From a virus: a stretch of 64,000 nt of DNA. Made by a program: the position numbers and the translations under genes. Location of the stretch: positions 32,001 through 96,000 of the IMG/VR virus record IMGVR_UViG_3300034103_001746; one strand, written 5' to 3'. The notes below the pieces were generated by a model. The model saw nothing but the letters and a program-made list of their open reading frames with translations. It searched no databases and was not told the DNA's origin. Of this stretch, positions 49,413-59,833 are shown one piece after another. Position 1 is the first letter of the stretch. The number at the start of each line of letters is the position of its first letter.

Positions 49413-52400
49413 ATGAGTAATAATTGTACTATTTTTAAAAAAAGCTTATTTAAAGATGTTTCTAATTTATCTAATTTTACTTTAGAGATAGATTGGTTAA
49501 AAGGACTAATCCCAGAGTATCAAGCGGATAATAGTGGTATTTGGCTACCAATTGTAGTTAAAAAAGATCAAACAAAAATTAACTTTGTTGATATACTTTC
49601 TAGAGCAGAGTCAGAACAATCATTATTTGATCCTTGTGATTGTATTGCTACTACTGGCAATTCTTTGGAAGACGAAAATTCAGAAGACATTTCTTTAGAT
49701 TGCATTTATTGTTATAAAAATGGAATTGATTATCAATTTGATTGGCAATTAGTAGATCAAAATAGGAATATTAGTAGCCCTGTTATCAATTCTAAGTGTT
49801 GTGACGGTGCCTGTGATGTTAGAATGACTAAAGATGATTACTTAGCAAAGTTACCGGTGCTTAACTCATCATATATTACTAAATTTTATGATTGGAAAAA
49901 TAAATTACAATTTCCCGCATGTTCTAATAAGGGTCTAGGATACGAACAATTTGCATATAATAATGTATTAAGTTCTTTTAAAAATAATATTCCAAGATTA
50001 ATGATAGATTGGAAAATTAAAGAAAGAATATCTGAAATACCACCAAATGATATTGATAGTTATCATAAAGATATAGATACTCATGAAAAATCATATACTA
50101 GATCATTAATCAATAGCAAAACATGTGGTAATTTTTTATTAACTAAATTAAATGAGTCTTATATCAAGAATCCGATTTATCCTGTATTGAGTGGCTTAAT
50201 CGGAGATATTGCGATGACAGGCAATTTTTCTAAGTTAATTCCAGCGGTAAAAGATTTTACTAAGCCATATGGTTTTAAGAATCAAGACCACTTTAATATT
50301 TTTGCTAAAACAGAAAAAGTTGGCTCTTACTGGAAATGGAATTATAGTTCTGGTGTTTTATGTTGGTATAGGTATTTTGATATAGATTTACCAGAAAACG
50401 AAGATAATAGACTTATTAAAGGTGTGGATCTTTATATTTCTGATGGAGATATGTTTTATGCTACAAATGATGGTCCGGAACCAACACCAGTAGATCAAAA
50501 TCAAAACCCTCCAAATATTAAATCATGTCCTTCTGGTTTAAAGCTTGTTAAGAACAATACTATTACAGGAATTATTCCTAGTGGTTCAGAATTTATATAT
50601 ATATCTGAAAATATATATAATAAAGTATATAATATTATTAATAAATTAGACGATTTAGAAGCCTCATTAGACATAGCTGATGATAATAAAATTTCACCAA
50701 TTAATAAATTACAATTGTCAGCATTACTTGCTACTGGCCCTAATTATTATGAGGTCACAGTTGATTTATTAAAAACTATACCAAATTTAGAAGATTTACA
50801 AAAAGATTATGCCAGAGATGTATATCAACAAATCAAGGTCTTTAATAGTGGTATGTTGTTAAAACAACAACACCAAGCTAATAAATTAAATATTGTTAAA
50901 ACCAAAGAAGATCTAATTAACACTCTTGTTAATAAGTATGGATACTATGTTTGGTGTCCACCAAATAGTAGTATTTCTTTAGATTTTAAAAAATCTTACG
51001 ATGTTCATGCATATATTGATTTAGATTTTGAGCCAGTAGTTCAAGAAACAAACACCTTTTTCAGTAGACCTTGTACTCCACCGACCGATTGTTTAGATAC
51101 AACGACAGAGCGAAATTTTAGTTATGATCAGAAAATTGTAGCTGGTAATTTAATATTTAGTACTAATATTGATAAAAGATATAAAAGTCAAATTTGTAAA
51201 AATGGAGAATTTAGTATCGATAGAGCGGTTAACATTATTAGTGCTTATTTTAATGATAGACTGATTAAAGAAGAAATTTATGGTAGTGGTTGTACTGTTT
51301 TTAATCAAAAATACTTAAGAGCACCATCATTTGATATTGCTCTTGATAAAATAGGCAATACGTTATGTTCTCAATATAAATTATGCAATAAATCTTTAGC
51401 ATTTACTTATAACAATGACAATAATTGGTTTGGTACCAATAACGAACTTAAGGAAGGAAAATTTTTAGATGCTTCTGTAGTCTTAGGCCGTAGATATCCT
51501 GCTAATGCTAGTAATATTAATATAGATCGTATAGGATTTCATACAGACGGTGGGTTGTATTACGATAGTAATAATTTAGGTTCGGGAAATGTACTATTTT
51601 TGAACGATATATCTTCTTCTGATCCTGGTTTTTATTCTATACAATTTAAAACAAAAGATGTTGGTATAAAATTATATGATATAAATATTCACCATTTGAG
51701 AGATAAAAAATTTAGTAAATGTAAAACTTTCCCATTGGATCAAGCCTGCAAATGTTTCCCTCTGAGTTCTGTAACAGGGTATAGGTATAATTGTGATGGT
51801 TCTTTAACTTTTAGTAATGATGGAGCTGTTTTATATACTCCTAATATATCTACACAATCTAGTCCTGTTTTATTAAGTTATGGTGGATATTCTAGTGAAG
51901 AATTATTAAATATTATTCAAGAACAAAGAATACCGAATCATCCAGACCCGGAAATAATTTTAAATACTGTTAATAGAATTATAGATCCATTAAATCCATA
52001 TGGGTGTAGCAAAGAAATTAGTGCTGGTTTTCCTAATTATCTATATACTAAATGGTCTATGGGATTACCCAACTATAGTACGGATCATATTGATGTTTGG
52101 ATGAAGCTCTTTGAAAATGTTAGCTTATTCAATCCTACAATACCAAAATATGATTATGAGACTGGAGAATTTGAAACAATTAATAATCCATCGTATAGAA
52201 GATATACTACAAAAGCTATAGTAAATGGGAATACGATATATAATAATCAACAAAAAGTATTATTTGATAAAGACACCAGCATCCCCAACTCTTTTGATAT
52301 AGAATTAACTAATCCGTTTTTATTTGCTTTATTGAGTCAATTATCCGAAGACATGGAAAAAAATAAACTTTTATATACTAATTTGCCATGTTCTTTAGAC

Positions 52401-55400
52401 ACAACTAATAGAGATGCATATCTTAATAATATTAATTTAACCTTTAAACAGGTACCTCGCAAACAAGTTTTAAATTTTCAAATACAACCCTTATCATCTG
52501 CTGGCAAAATTAATAAAACGTTTTTTCATCCTAATGAAGGCATTATTAATAATTCTATATTCTATAATTTAACATCTTTAACTTTTAATAATAAAAATTG
52601 CTCATTTGATTTTGCTTATGAAAAACAACTATTTGAAAACGGAGCAATAGATTACTCAGATGAAGGGATAATGTTTTCAGGCCATATATCTAATCAAATG
52701 AAACAAATCTTAGATTTAAATAATAGTCTTTTAAACCATAAAAAATTAAGACTTTATATTAAATACAATAATATTTGGTATGAGTATTTAAACCCTCATT
52801 TATTTGGTTTTAATAATAAAATTAATAGTACTATATATCCTGGTTTTCCAACATTTTTTGAATACGCTAAACAAGATAAATACAAAGCATTATTGCATAT
52901 GACAGAGTATGCTAATAACGCTCTGAATACAAACAAATTACCAACTATAACTACTCCATCACAGCTAATTCCTGCATCGGTTAAGAATAATACTGAATTT
53001 CTATATTTTCATAATACAAAACCAACGGGCCTTATTAATGGCTTATCTCAAGAGTTTTATCCATTATTATATAGTAATTTTATTTTAGATAAAAATTCTC
53101 AACGTAAAATTGTGCTCAAAGGATCTAGGCCATATTTTATGTTTGAAGAACAAGATCCGGCTATCTTTGTTGAAAATATTACTACGATGCCTATCTCTCA
53201 ACAGGATTTAATTTTTAGAAACACCTTTATTGTAGACGCCGAGGAAAAAAGATGGAGATATAAAGGAGAAGGAAATAAACAACTTTTAGATTCTTATGAG
53301 CTAGTTCCACCAAGAGACTATAGAGATAGTAATTATAATGAATTGTGGATTAATTATAGTGCAACTAATAATGATGGATATATTGCTAATACAGAATTAA
53401 AAACAAAACCCACAAAAATTCAACTCATTGATAAACAAAATCCCAAAATTAAATTCGAATACTCGGTTATATCCAAATCGCTCTATGCTCAAAAAGTTGA
53501 TGCGTTTGGTAATGAGTTGGATTCATTTGGATACTTTAAGCAACGACAACATTTAGATGTTTATACCGTGCTTGAAATAGATATTTGTGAAAATTGTATT
53601 TTAAAATTATCAGAGGGAATAGTGCAGCTGGTGACACCTACGCAGAATACTAATGTCAATAATACTGATTCATTTGTGATACTTCAAAATTTTAAAGACT
53701 CATTAAAATCAGAATCTTATCCATTATTAAGAAATAAGTATTATGAAACCAAATGGGGCGATTTGATTCATTTTGATAATAAAACATTTCAGGATCTTAA
53801 TAATTCCACAATTTTAAATCATGCTCTTGATTTATATTATCCATCATCATTATATGATAATATTTTGTATAGTATATCTGTTAATAATTTAGAAACTGGG
53901 AATTTTAAATTTTTAATTACTTCGACCAATAATTCAAATTTGCAAACTATTAGTGGAGTTACTACATACGACGATGTTGTATATTACAATATTCATCAGA
54001 AATATAATATTGGTTTAAATAATTTATATATGGAAAATATTATTACTGATTATCAAAATTATTTACCATTTATAGATATTAATTTTATTAATAGTTCAAA
54101 AATTAAAAATCAACCCTGGTTTAATAATATTTATCAAAATTTTGAGACAAACACACTATCAACAGGACAATTTTATATTAGTGGAATTAGATCTTTTGTA
54201 GAAACCAAAGATTTAAAGGTTGATCCATCTAAAAATTCAGTATTTTTTATATCTTTAAATAAAGAACAAAAATTAAAACCGGTATTATTTAATAAATCTT
54301 TTTATTATAATACTTTAAGAGTAGATGATGTTTATTATAGATTGGCTAAATTAGAAAAAGAAGATGTTTATAATTCAACGCAATGTGCTACTATTTTTAT
54401 GCCAAAAATAAATTTTTCTAGTCAAACATTTACGGACTATTTTGATACTAATGGTTTTGATGCATCATCTTCTCTAATAAAAACTACATTTGATACATTT
54501 CCAATATATTGTGATACAGATAAAGCCCAAGCATTATGCGGTAATGAATCCTGTTCTATTAAAACTATTGGATTTACTAGACTTAAAGCCGGATACCAAC
54601 ATTACAACTACTCATATATTACAGCAAAAGATTTGGAGGGGTCTAATTCTCTAGAATTTGCACTATCGGTAGACGAGGGTTTGTATAATACTATTGGTAC
54701 TAATATGGTTCCTTATATTCAAAGATTTGAAATTCCACCGAACTCTAATTTATTTAATAATATTACATTAGACGGAACAGACAATTGCTTGATTGGAGCA
54801 GATAACCGACCATCGAGACAACAAAATTACATAGATACCGAATATCAAAACAAATTAGTTGAATATATTTTACCAGAAGATAAAAAAGGGGACTTGGTTC
54901 GTGATACTGATATTCTTGCTAATGAAATGTTATTTAGGTTAATTTATGGTTCTAAACAACAAATATCTTATGATAATATTAAAAAGAAAACCACAGCAGA
55001 CATTATTAAAGACAATACTAAAAAATCGATTTCCTATTTATTACAGTATTCTGAGCCACGCACTACTGCTGATGTAATATATGATTTAATTCCTTATGAT
55101 TATTCAGTAAATGCTGATGTGTCAAAAAGAAAAATTAATGGATCTATTAGTATAGACGGCGTACTTGCTGTGGGATCAAATGTGTCTGTTAATATTGGCG
55201 GATATGTGATAACAATTTCTATACAAAATATTAATAACAAAATTTGTGCTGTTGCGTCCTGTAATGGCAAAACATATACTAGTTCGTTTTTTGATACCAA
55301 GCCCACTAGTACCACGACTACTGCTGTAACTGCTGGCACAATACTATATCCTCCATCTGAAAATAGTAGAATAGTTAAGCTTACAACCTGTAGGGGCGGT

Positions 55401-57377
55401 GTTACACCGTTGTACTGGTCACTGAATAAGCATTTTACTAAGATAGAAATCGAAGGAGGAGAAGAAAATTTTGACCTTGTAGCAGAATATAAACGATGTG
55501 TAGAGACCAACCCCGGTGGTTGTATTACTAATTCAGTAAATCCGGCCGTTACATCGCTTGCTACAATCGGACCAGGCCCAATTTGTCCGTTTACTTGTCT
55601 TGTCTGTAACCCAAGAGGTTGGGCCAGCAGCCCTGCTGTGCCATCTAATTGTAGTATATTAACAAGCACAAATAAATCTGTTAAAATTGGTAGTGTTAGT
55701 AGAGGGGTGTTTTCTTATTATTCTTGTTCACCAAGACATAGTAGTGTTAGTTTATCTCCCGCTTTATATGAAGGAGACTTTGATGGTCTTATGGGTGGTT
55801 TAGCTATTAGAGATCATAGTTTTGTAGCCAATTGCAATCCTAAACCAGCCCCATGCAAAGGTAATTGTGTGTCTTTAGATGCAGAAGATCAGTTTGGTAA
55901 AATTTTTGATCCATTAAGATATACAGCTAATTCTTTATATACTCCGTGTGAATGTCAATCATACTCATATGATTATTGTACTATCACAGAAAATTCTTGT
56001 AATTGCAAAGCATATGCTAAAGGGTTTCCAAAGATTTTTGATTATGAATTCGATAATTGTAACTATACATTTAATAATATGAAAGGTCATTTGTATAAAT
56101 ATGAAGATGGCGATCCTATAGAATCTAATAAAGTTTCTGAAGATTATGGGTGTTCACCGCAAGCGGAAACTCTAGCTATTGGACAAAGAAACGGAAAGGC
56201 TGATGAATTTTGTTATTGGCTTGAATGTGAGGGACCAACCCCTCCCAATTGGGATATATATAATATTATTACATCCACTCCGAGTCCATATGAACCAAAA
56301 TGTCCGGTATTTTTATGTTCTATAACTTATGATAATAATACTGCCACCGTTAATTTAGCTGGGGGAACAGCAGGATGTTTTGATATTAATCTTAGAAATG
56401 ATTGTCCAGTCATATCAATTACACTACCTAATAATTCATTTACATTTACAGACTCTATTAATAGTGAATGTACAGAATGTAATGTAGATAAAAATATAAT
56501 ATCTATGAATCCAAAAGAGCAAAATCCAGACTGGGATATTATTACAGAAACTAGAACTGCAATATTAGGATATCTACCAATAGAGGGCAATAAAAACGTA
56601 GATGTAATTGGTGGTGGCGGTCGAACATTTGCAGATAACATAATATGTAATCCTCTCATACAGCTTTGTTGTTACGATAATTGTTACTCATCATCATCTG
56701 CAACTTTACAATGTGGTCAATCGGCTCCTAATAGTTGGCCATGGAGTCATGCTTTGGTTTGTAATTTAAATGGGGCACCACCTCCCACATTTACTCCGTG
56801 TATTTCTAATCCTATTCCAAACGTAGGCGTTAATTCTACTATAGTAAGCAACATACTTGGTGGAATAAATTTTGCTGTAGGCTCTGATAATAGCACTGTT
56901 AAAAGAAACCATATTGCTCATTGGAAAGATTTAATGAAGGCAGCATACTTTGATGTTTCAGCTTGTCATAATAATTATGGGGTATTTCAGGTAGAAGATC
57001 TTGTAGAAGGTGTTGTCCCTGGTTCTTGTACAGATGTAAAGTTTGAAGTTTTAACATATCCAATGGTTGCATGGAGACAAACATTGAACGGTGGTCAAAT
57101 AGAAAACGGCTATTTAGGCGTTCATGTTGCATATTTTCAATATGAATATAGAAGACCAAGAACCATTCAAGATGTATTTCTTAAAGATGAAGCCACTAGA
57201 TGCTCCACAAGAATTGCATACCCTGCTCCATCCTCTTATAATATAACTGAAAAATATACTATAAAAGATTGTCAGTCCACACCATCGTGTTTCGACACTA
57301 AGATTGCTCCATGCAATGTTGGTAATATTTGTTGTGAACAACATCAATCTAATGCTAATATCACATCGAGGCCATAA
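49413..57377 (+). CDS. Giant cysteine-rich protein (2654 aa), probably a virion tip/receptor-binding component
   Basis: Uninterrupted ORF at the end of the tail module, with a Cys-rich N-terminus and about 43 Cys (manual count) in the last ~710 aa. Confidence 0.6.
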   Translation: MSNNCTIFKKSLFKDVSNLSNFTLEIDWLKGLIPEYQADNSGIWLPIVVKKDQTKINFVDILSRAESEQSLFDPCDCIATTGNSLEDENSEDISLDCIYCYKNGIDYQFDWQLVDQNRNISSPVINSKCCDGACDVRMTKDDYLAKLPVLNSSYITKFYDWKNKLQFPACSNKGLGYEQFAYNNVLSSFKNNIPRLMIDWKIKERISEIPPNDIDSYHKDIDTHEKSYTRSLINSKTCGNFLLTKLNESYIKNPIYPVLSGLIGDIAMTGNFSKLIPAVKDFTKPYGFKNQDHFNIFAKTEKVGSYWKWNYSSGVLCWYRYFDIDLPENEDNRLIKGVDLYISDGDMFYATNDGPEPTPVDQNQNPPNIKSCPSGLKLVKNNTITGIIPSGSEFIYISENIYNKVYNIINKLDDLEASLDIADDNKISPINKLQLSALLATGPNYYEVTVDLLKTIPNLEDLQKDYARDVYQQIKVFNSGMLLKQQHQANKLNIVKTKEDLINTLVNKYGYYVWCPPNSSISLDFKKSYDVHAYIDLDFEPVVQETNTFFSRPCTPPTDCLDTTTERNFSYDQKIVAGNLIFSTNIDKRYKSQICKNGEFSIDRAVNIISAYFNDRLIKEEIYGSGCTVFNQKYLRAPSFDIALDKIGNTLCSQYKLCNKSLAFTYNNDNNWFGTNNELKEGKFLDASVVLGRRYPANASNINIDRIGFHTDGGLYYDSNNLGSGNVLFLNDISSSDPGFYSIQFKTKDVGIKLYDINIHHLRDKKFSKCKTFPLDQACKCFPLSSVTGYRYNCDGSLTFSNDGAVLYTPNISTQSSPVLLSYGGYSSEELLNIIQEQRIPNHPDPEIILNTVNRIIDPLNPYGCSKEISAGFPNYLYTKWSMGLPNYSTDHIDVWMKLFENVSLFNPTIPKYDYETGEFETINNPSYRRYTTKAIVNGNTIYNNQQKVLFDKDTSIPNSFDIELTNPFLFALLSQLSEDMEKNKLLYTNLPCSLDTTNRDAYLNNINLTFKQVPRKQVLNFQIQPLSSAGKINKTFFHPNEGIINNSIFYNLTSLTFNNKNCSFDFAYEKQLFENGAIDYSDEGIMFSGHISNQMKQILDLNNSLLNHKKLRLYIKYNNIWYEYLNPHLFGFNNKINSTIYPGFPTFFEYAKQDKYKALLHMTEYANNALNTNKLPTITTPSQLIPASVKNNTEFLYFHNTKPTGLINGLSQEFYPLLYSNFILDKNSQRKIVLKGSRPYFMFEEQDPAIFVENITTMPISQQDLIFRNTFIVDAEEKRWRYKGEGNKQLLDSYELVPPRDYRDSNYNELWINYSATNNDGYIANTELKTKPTKIQLIDKQNPKIKFEYSVISKSLYAQKVDAFGNELDSFGYFKQRQHLDVYTVLEIDICENCILKLSEGIVQLVTPTQNTNVNNTDSFVILQNFKDSLKSESYPLLRNKYYETKWGDLIHFDNKTFQDLNNSTILNHALDLYYPSSLYDNILYSISVNNLETGNFKFLITSTNNSNLQTISGVTTYDDVVYYNIHQKYNIGLNNLYMENIITDYQNYLPFIDINFINSSKIKNQPWFNNIYQNFETNTLSTGQFYISGIRSFVETKDLKVDPSKNSVFFISLNKEQKLKPVLFNKSFYYNTLRVDDVYYRLAKLEKEDVYNSTQCATIFMPKINFSSQTFTDYFDTNGFDASSSLIKTTFDTFPIYCDTDKAQALCGNESCSIKTIGFTRLKAGYQHYNYSYITAKDLEGSNSLEFALSVDEGLYNTIGTNMVPYIQRFEIPPNSNLFNNITLDGTDNCLIGADNRPSRQQNYIDTEYQNKLVEYILPEDKKGDLVRDTDILANEMLFRLIYGSKQQISYDNIKKKTTADIIKDNTKKSISYLLQYSEPRTTADVIYDLIPYDYSVNADVSKRKINGSISIDGVLAVGSNVSVNIGGYVITISIQNINNKICAVASCNGKTYTSSFFDTKPTSTTTTAVTAGTILYPPSENSRIVKLTTCRGGVTPLYWSLNKHFTKIEIEGGEENFDLVAEYKRCVETNPGGCITNSVNPAVTSLATIGPGPICPFTCLVCNPRGWASSPAVPSNCSILTSTNKSVKIGSVSRGVFSYYSCSPRHSSVSLSPALYEGDFDGLMGGLAIRDHSFVANCNPKPAPCKGNCVSLDAEDQFGKIFDPLRYTANSLYTPCECQSYSYDYCTITENSCNCKAYAKGFPKIFDYEFDNCNYTFNNMKGHLYKYEDGDPIESNKVSEDYGCSPQAETLAIGQRNGKADEFCYWLECEGPTPPNWDIYNIITSTPSPYEPKCPVFLCSITYDNNTATVNLAGGTAGCFDINLRNDCPVISITLPNNSFTFTDSINSECTECNVDKNIISMNPKEQNPDWDIITETRTAILGYLPIEGNKNVDVIGGGGRTFADNIICNPLIQLCCYDNCYSSSSATLQCGQSAPNSWPWSHALVCNLNGAPPPTFTPCISNPIPNVGVNSTIVSNILGGINFAVGSDNSTVKRNHIAHWKDLMKAAYFDVSACHNNYGVFQVEDLVEGVVPGSCTDVKFEVLTYPMVAWRQTLNGGQIENGYLGVHVAYFQYEYRRPRTIQDVFLKDEATRCSTRIAYPAPSSYNITEKYTIKDCQSTPSCFDTKIAPCNVGNICCEQHQSNANITSRP

Positions 57378-57379
57378 TA

Positions 57380-57871
57380 ATGATATCTGATACCAGCCCA
57401 TATTGTAACTTAACCGATACCGGCACAATATTTAATAACAAAAAAGTATATTCTTGTGAGTATTGTGGAATTAAAATTGGACTAGATAATCCTGATACAA
57501 AAATGTTTTGTTTTAAAAAAATACAAGATTTTTCAATGTCTATTAAAAAATATGCTAATCCATCAGCAGTTGTTAATCCTATTGATATAGGAGAAAAAGA
57601 ATTTTTACAAGATATTGTCTTAAACAAAGTTATTCAAGATCATTCCGAAGAGCAAAAAATTAAAACTAATGAAAACAATCCATTAAATCTTTGCAGTGAA
57701 GAACAAATAGAATCAAGACTTAAAGTATGTAGATCATGTGAATTTTATAAAGATAATTCATGTATGTTATGTGGGTGTCAAATAGTTAGAGAAGCTAATC
57801 ATATGAATAAGCTAGCTCATAAAGATCAAAAATGCCCAGCAGATAAATGGGGGCCTATCGTTGACGAGTAA
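57380..57871 (+). CDS. Cys-rich small protein (DUF6171-like C-terminus)
   Basis: RLKVCRSCEF....CMLCGC...KLAHKDQKCPADKW, with an N-terminal C..CEYCG...C cluster. Confidence 0.65.
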   Translation: MISDTSPYCNLTDTGTIFNNKKVYSCEYCGIKIGLDNPDTKMFCFKKIQDFSMSIKKYANPSAVVNPIDIGEKEFLQDIVLNKVIQDHSEEQKIKTNENNPLNLCSEEQIESRLKVCRSCEFYKDNSCMLCGCQIVREANHMNKLAHKDQKCPADKWGPIVDE

Positions 57872-58820
57872 AAGTTGTTATGCGGGTAACCGGATCCCCG
57901 TATTTAACTATTACAGGAAAACTTTTTGTTTCACCGTCTACTTTGATGACTAATATTCCTCTAATTTGTTGTGCTCGTGACCAATTCATAAAGAAATGAA
58001 CACCAACAACATATTCCGCAAACGGAGCGTTTCCTCTCGCCCAAAATATGTTTTCTATCGGTCTTTGATTTAATAGCCTGGGGTGAGCATTCATATCTAT
58101 ATCCAAAGCCCCGCCACAAATACCAACTCTGTTTGTCCAGTTAATATCAGATCCTATTGGTTTAACTAGAACATATAGATCTAAATCGTCTATAGTATCC
58201 CAGGATAAAGAAATTTGAACATCTCCAGTTTTTGCTCCGTACTGCTGAAGTCTTTTTTGCATCTCTCCAACCTGTGTTTGTTCCATTATATTAGGAACAC
58301 TTTGTTGTTGCGCAATTCCTCTTCTCGATAAAAGAACCTGGTTTGTACGTCCAGTATATTCTATCTTTTTTTCTTCTTTATTAGAGGGCTGCTTAATTTC
58401 TTGTGCAAGATCGGCTGTGTTGATACTGTCTATTAGATCTACTTGTTTCTCTATGCCGGTGTCGGGTATAGCGATACTAGGGATCTCAACACTATCTTCT
58501 AATAAAGACACAGTATCTAGTCCAATTTTTTGAGAAGTGGATTCTAAAGAATCTTTTGATTCTTCAAGAGAAACAATTTTAATCGGATGGTCTTCAAAAG
58601 TTTCTAGATCAGGTTCAGTAGTTTCTTCTGTTGATGTAAAATGTAGAGTTAGTTGTATTTTTTGTTTGTGAACTTCAGAGGGAAACATCATAGCTAAAAT
58701 TAAAAATAATACAGTATGTACTATTAAGCTATGCCAAACCCCTCTATAGTAAAGAATACTAACTATAGACTCAATTTTATTTATGTTTGACTGTCTGTGT
58801 TTTTTTGCCATTTGTGCCAA
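57855..58820 (-). CDS. Membrane-anchored protein with YfaP/DUF2135-like domain
   Basis: A TM helix SLIVHTVLFLILAMM, an acidic linker, then GDVQISLSWDTIDDLDLYV...GALDIDMN...PIENIFW. The start may be 58811. Confidence 0.7.
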   Translation of the reverse strand: MAQMAKKHRQSNINKIESIVSILYYRGVWHSLIVHTVLFLILAMMFPSEVHKQKIQLTLHFTSTEETTEPDLETFEDHPIKIVSLEESKDSLESTSQKIGLDTVSLLEDSVEIPSIAIPDTGIEKQVDLIDSINTADLAQEIKQPSNKEEKKIEYTGRTNQVLLSRRGIAQQQSVPNIMEQTQVGEMQKRLQQYGAKTGDVQISLSWDTIDDLDLYVLVKPIGSDINWTNRVGICGGALDIDMNAHPRLLNQRPIENIFWARGNAPFAEYVVGVHFFMNWSRAQQIRGILVIKVDGETKSFPVIVKYGDPVTRITTFTRQR

Positions 58821-59113
58821 CCATTATGTGGTAACCAATTGTTGTTGTCATCTTTTCTTTTGGGGAAAAGAGTACCACCCTTCTTATGTTGTCCGAAAGC
58901 CAGAATTGCTCCACAATCACTGCATCGCAATTCATAGTAATCATTGCCGTCTACATTCCTGACGATATATTTAATATTGTTTTTGCTACATAAACCACAC
59001 TTCTCTTCACCAAAAATTTCTTGAATTAGCGCCAGTTCTTTAAAAATCTCTTTTTGTCCAGAACCTTCTAATTCGAATTCTAGTTTTGAGTTTGGTTTAT
59101 ATCGTAGTTTCAT
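58781..59113 (-). CDS. Zn-ribbon protein (110 aa)
   Basis: CGLC...CSDC motif pair with a basic and aromatic C-terminus. Confidence 0.65.
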   Translation of the reverse strand: MKLRYKPNSKLEFELEGSGQKEIFKELALIQEIFGEEKCGLCSKNNIKYIVRNVDGNDYYELRCSDCGAILAFGQHKKGGTLFPKRKDDNNNWLPHNGWHKWQKNTDSQT

Positions 59114-59116
59114 AAG

Positions 59117-59833
59117 TTACTTTCTTTGTTTCCAGTTAGGTTGATAATTCAACAGGTCTGGAGATATATTTTCCATATTTTGTTGAAGTTTTGTTAATTC
59201 TTTGATGAGCAACACAGCGTCATCATGAGATATATTATCTATATTATCTGATGATATTGCAAGCGTTTGCATTAAAGAAACCACATTAATATTTAATCGC
59301 TTAGACATTACGTCTATAAAGTTGACCTGATTGTTGCTGATTTTAGAGACCGAATTTTCGTCGGGATTATCTTCTATGTCTTTAGCAATTTCTTCAGCCG
59401 CCACAACTTTACGCAATCTTAATGCTCTACGCAAAGCTCGACCTTCTGCTCTGGTTTCGGCCACAGCCACAGGATGATTACGATATACTTTGTCACAATT
59501 ACCCCAATAAACGTCGGCAGAGCCATCCACAACCACTTTATTTAAAAGAGTAGGGTCCGAAGATGGTTCATTTAAATAAAACGCTATGGAATGAACTACG
59601 GTCGCTCTTTTTTCATTATTTGGGTCCGGAGATTGGACCACTTTTGATACAGATTCTACAACTCTACAATTCATAACCTTTTCAAAAATACGTCTCAAAC
59701 CATCTGTTGTGGGATTTCCGGCTATTTTTTCATCTTCAGATAATAAACTTAATACATGATCGGTCCATTCCAAATCATGAATAGAGGGCATCTTATCTTT
59801 TTCCTTTTTTTCCGATGACTTTTCTTTGCTCAT
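59117..59833 (-). CDS. Putative single-strand annealing protein (Rad52/Sak-like)
   Basis: GSAD...AVAETRAEGRALRRAL motif after a beta-meander, and a C-terminal ISNNQVNFI...DAVLLI small helical domain typical of phage SSAPs. Confidence 0.55.
   Translation of the reverse strand: MSKEKSSEKKEKDKMPSIHDLEWTDHVLSLLSEDEKIAGNPTTDGLRRIFEKVMNCRVVESVSKVVQSPDPNNEKRATVVHSIAFYLNEPSSDPTLLNKVVVDGSADVYWGNCDKVYRNHPVAVAETRAEGRALRRALRLRKVVAAEEIAKDIEDNPDENSVSKISNNQVNFIDVMSKRLNINVVSLMQTLAISSDNIDNISHDDAVLLIKELTKLQQNMENISPDLLNYQPNWKQRK

Noticed and set aside
3601-57627. Many short antisense and alternate-frame ORFs in the ORF track (e.g. 3991-4401, 28999-29328, 55100-55669)
   Set aside because: They are fully nested in long genes, have shadow-ORF composition and lack RBSs or motifs.
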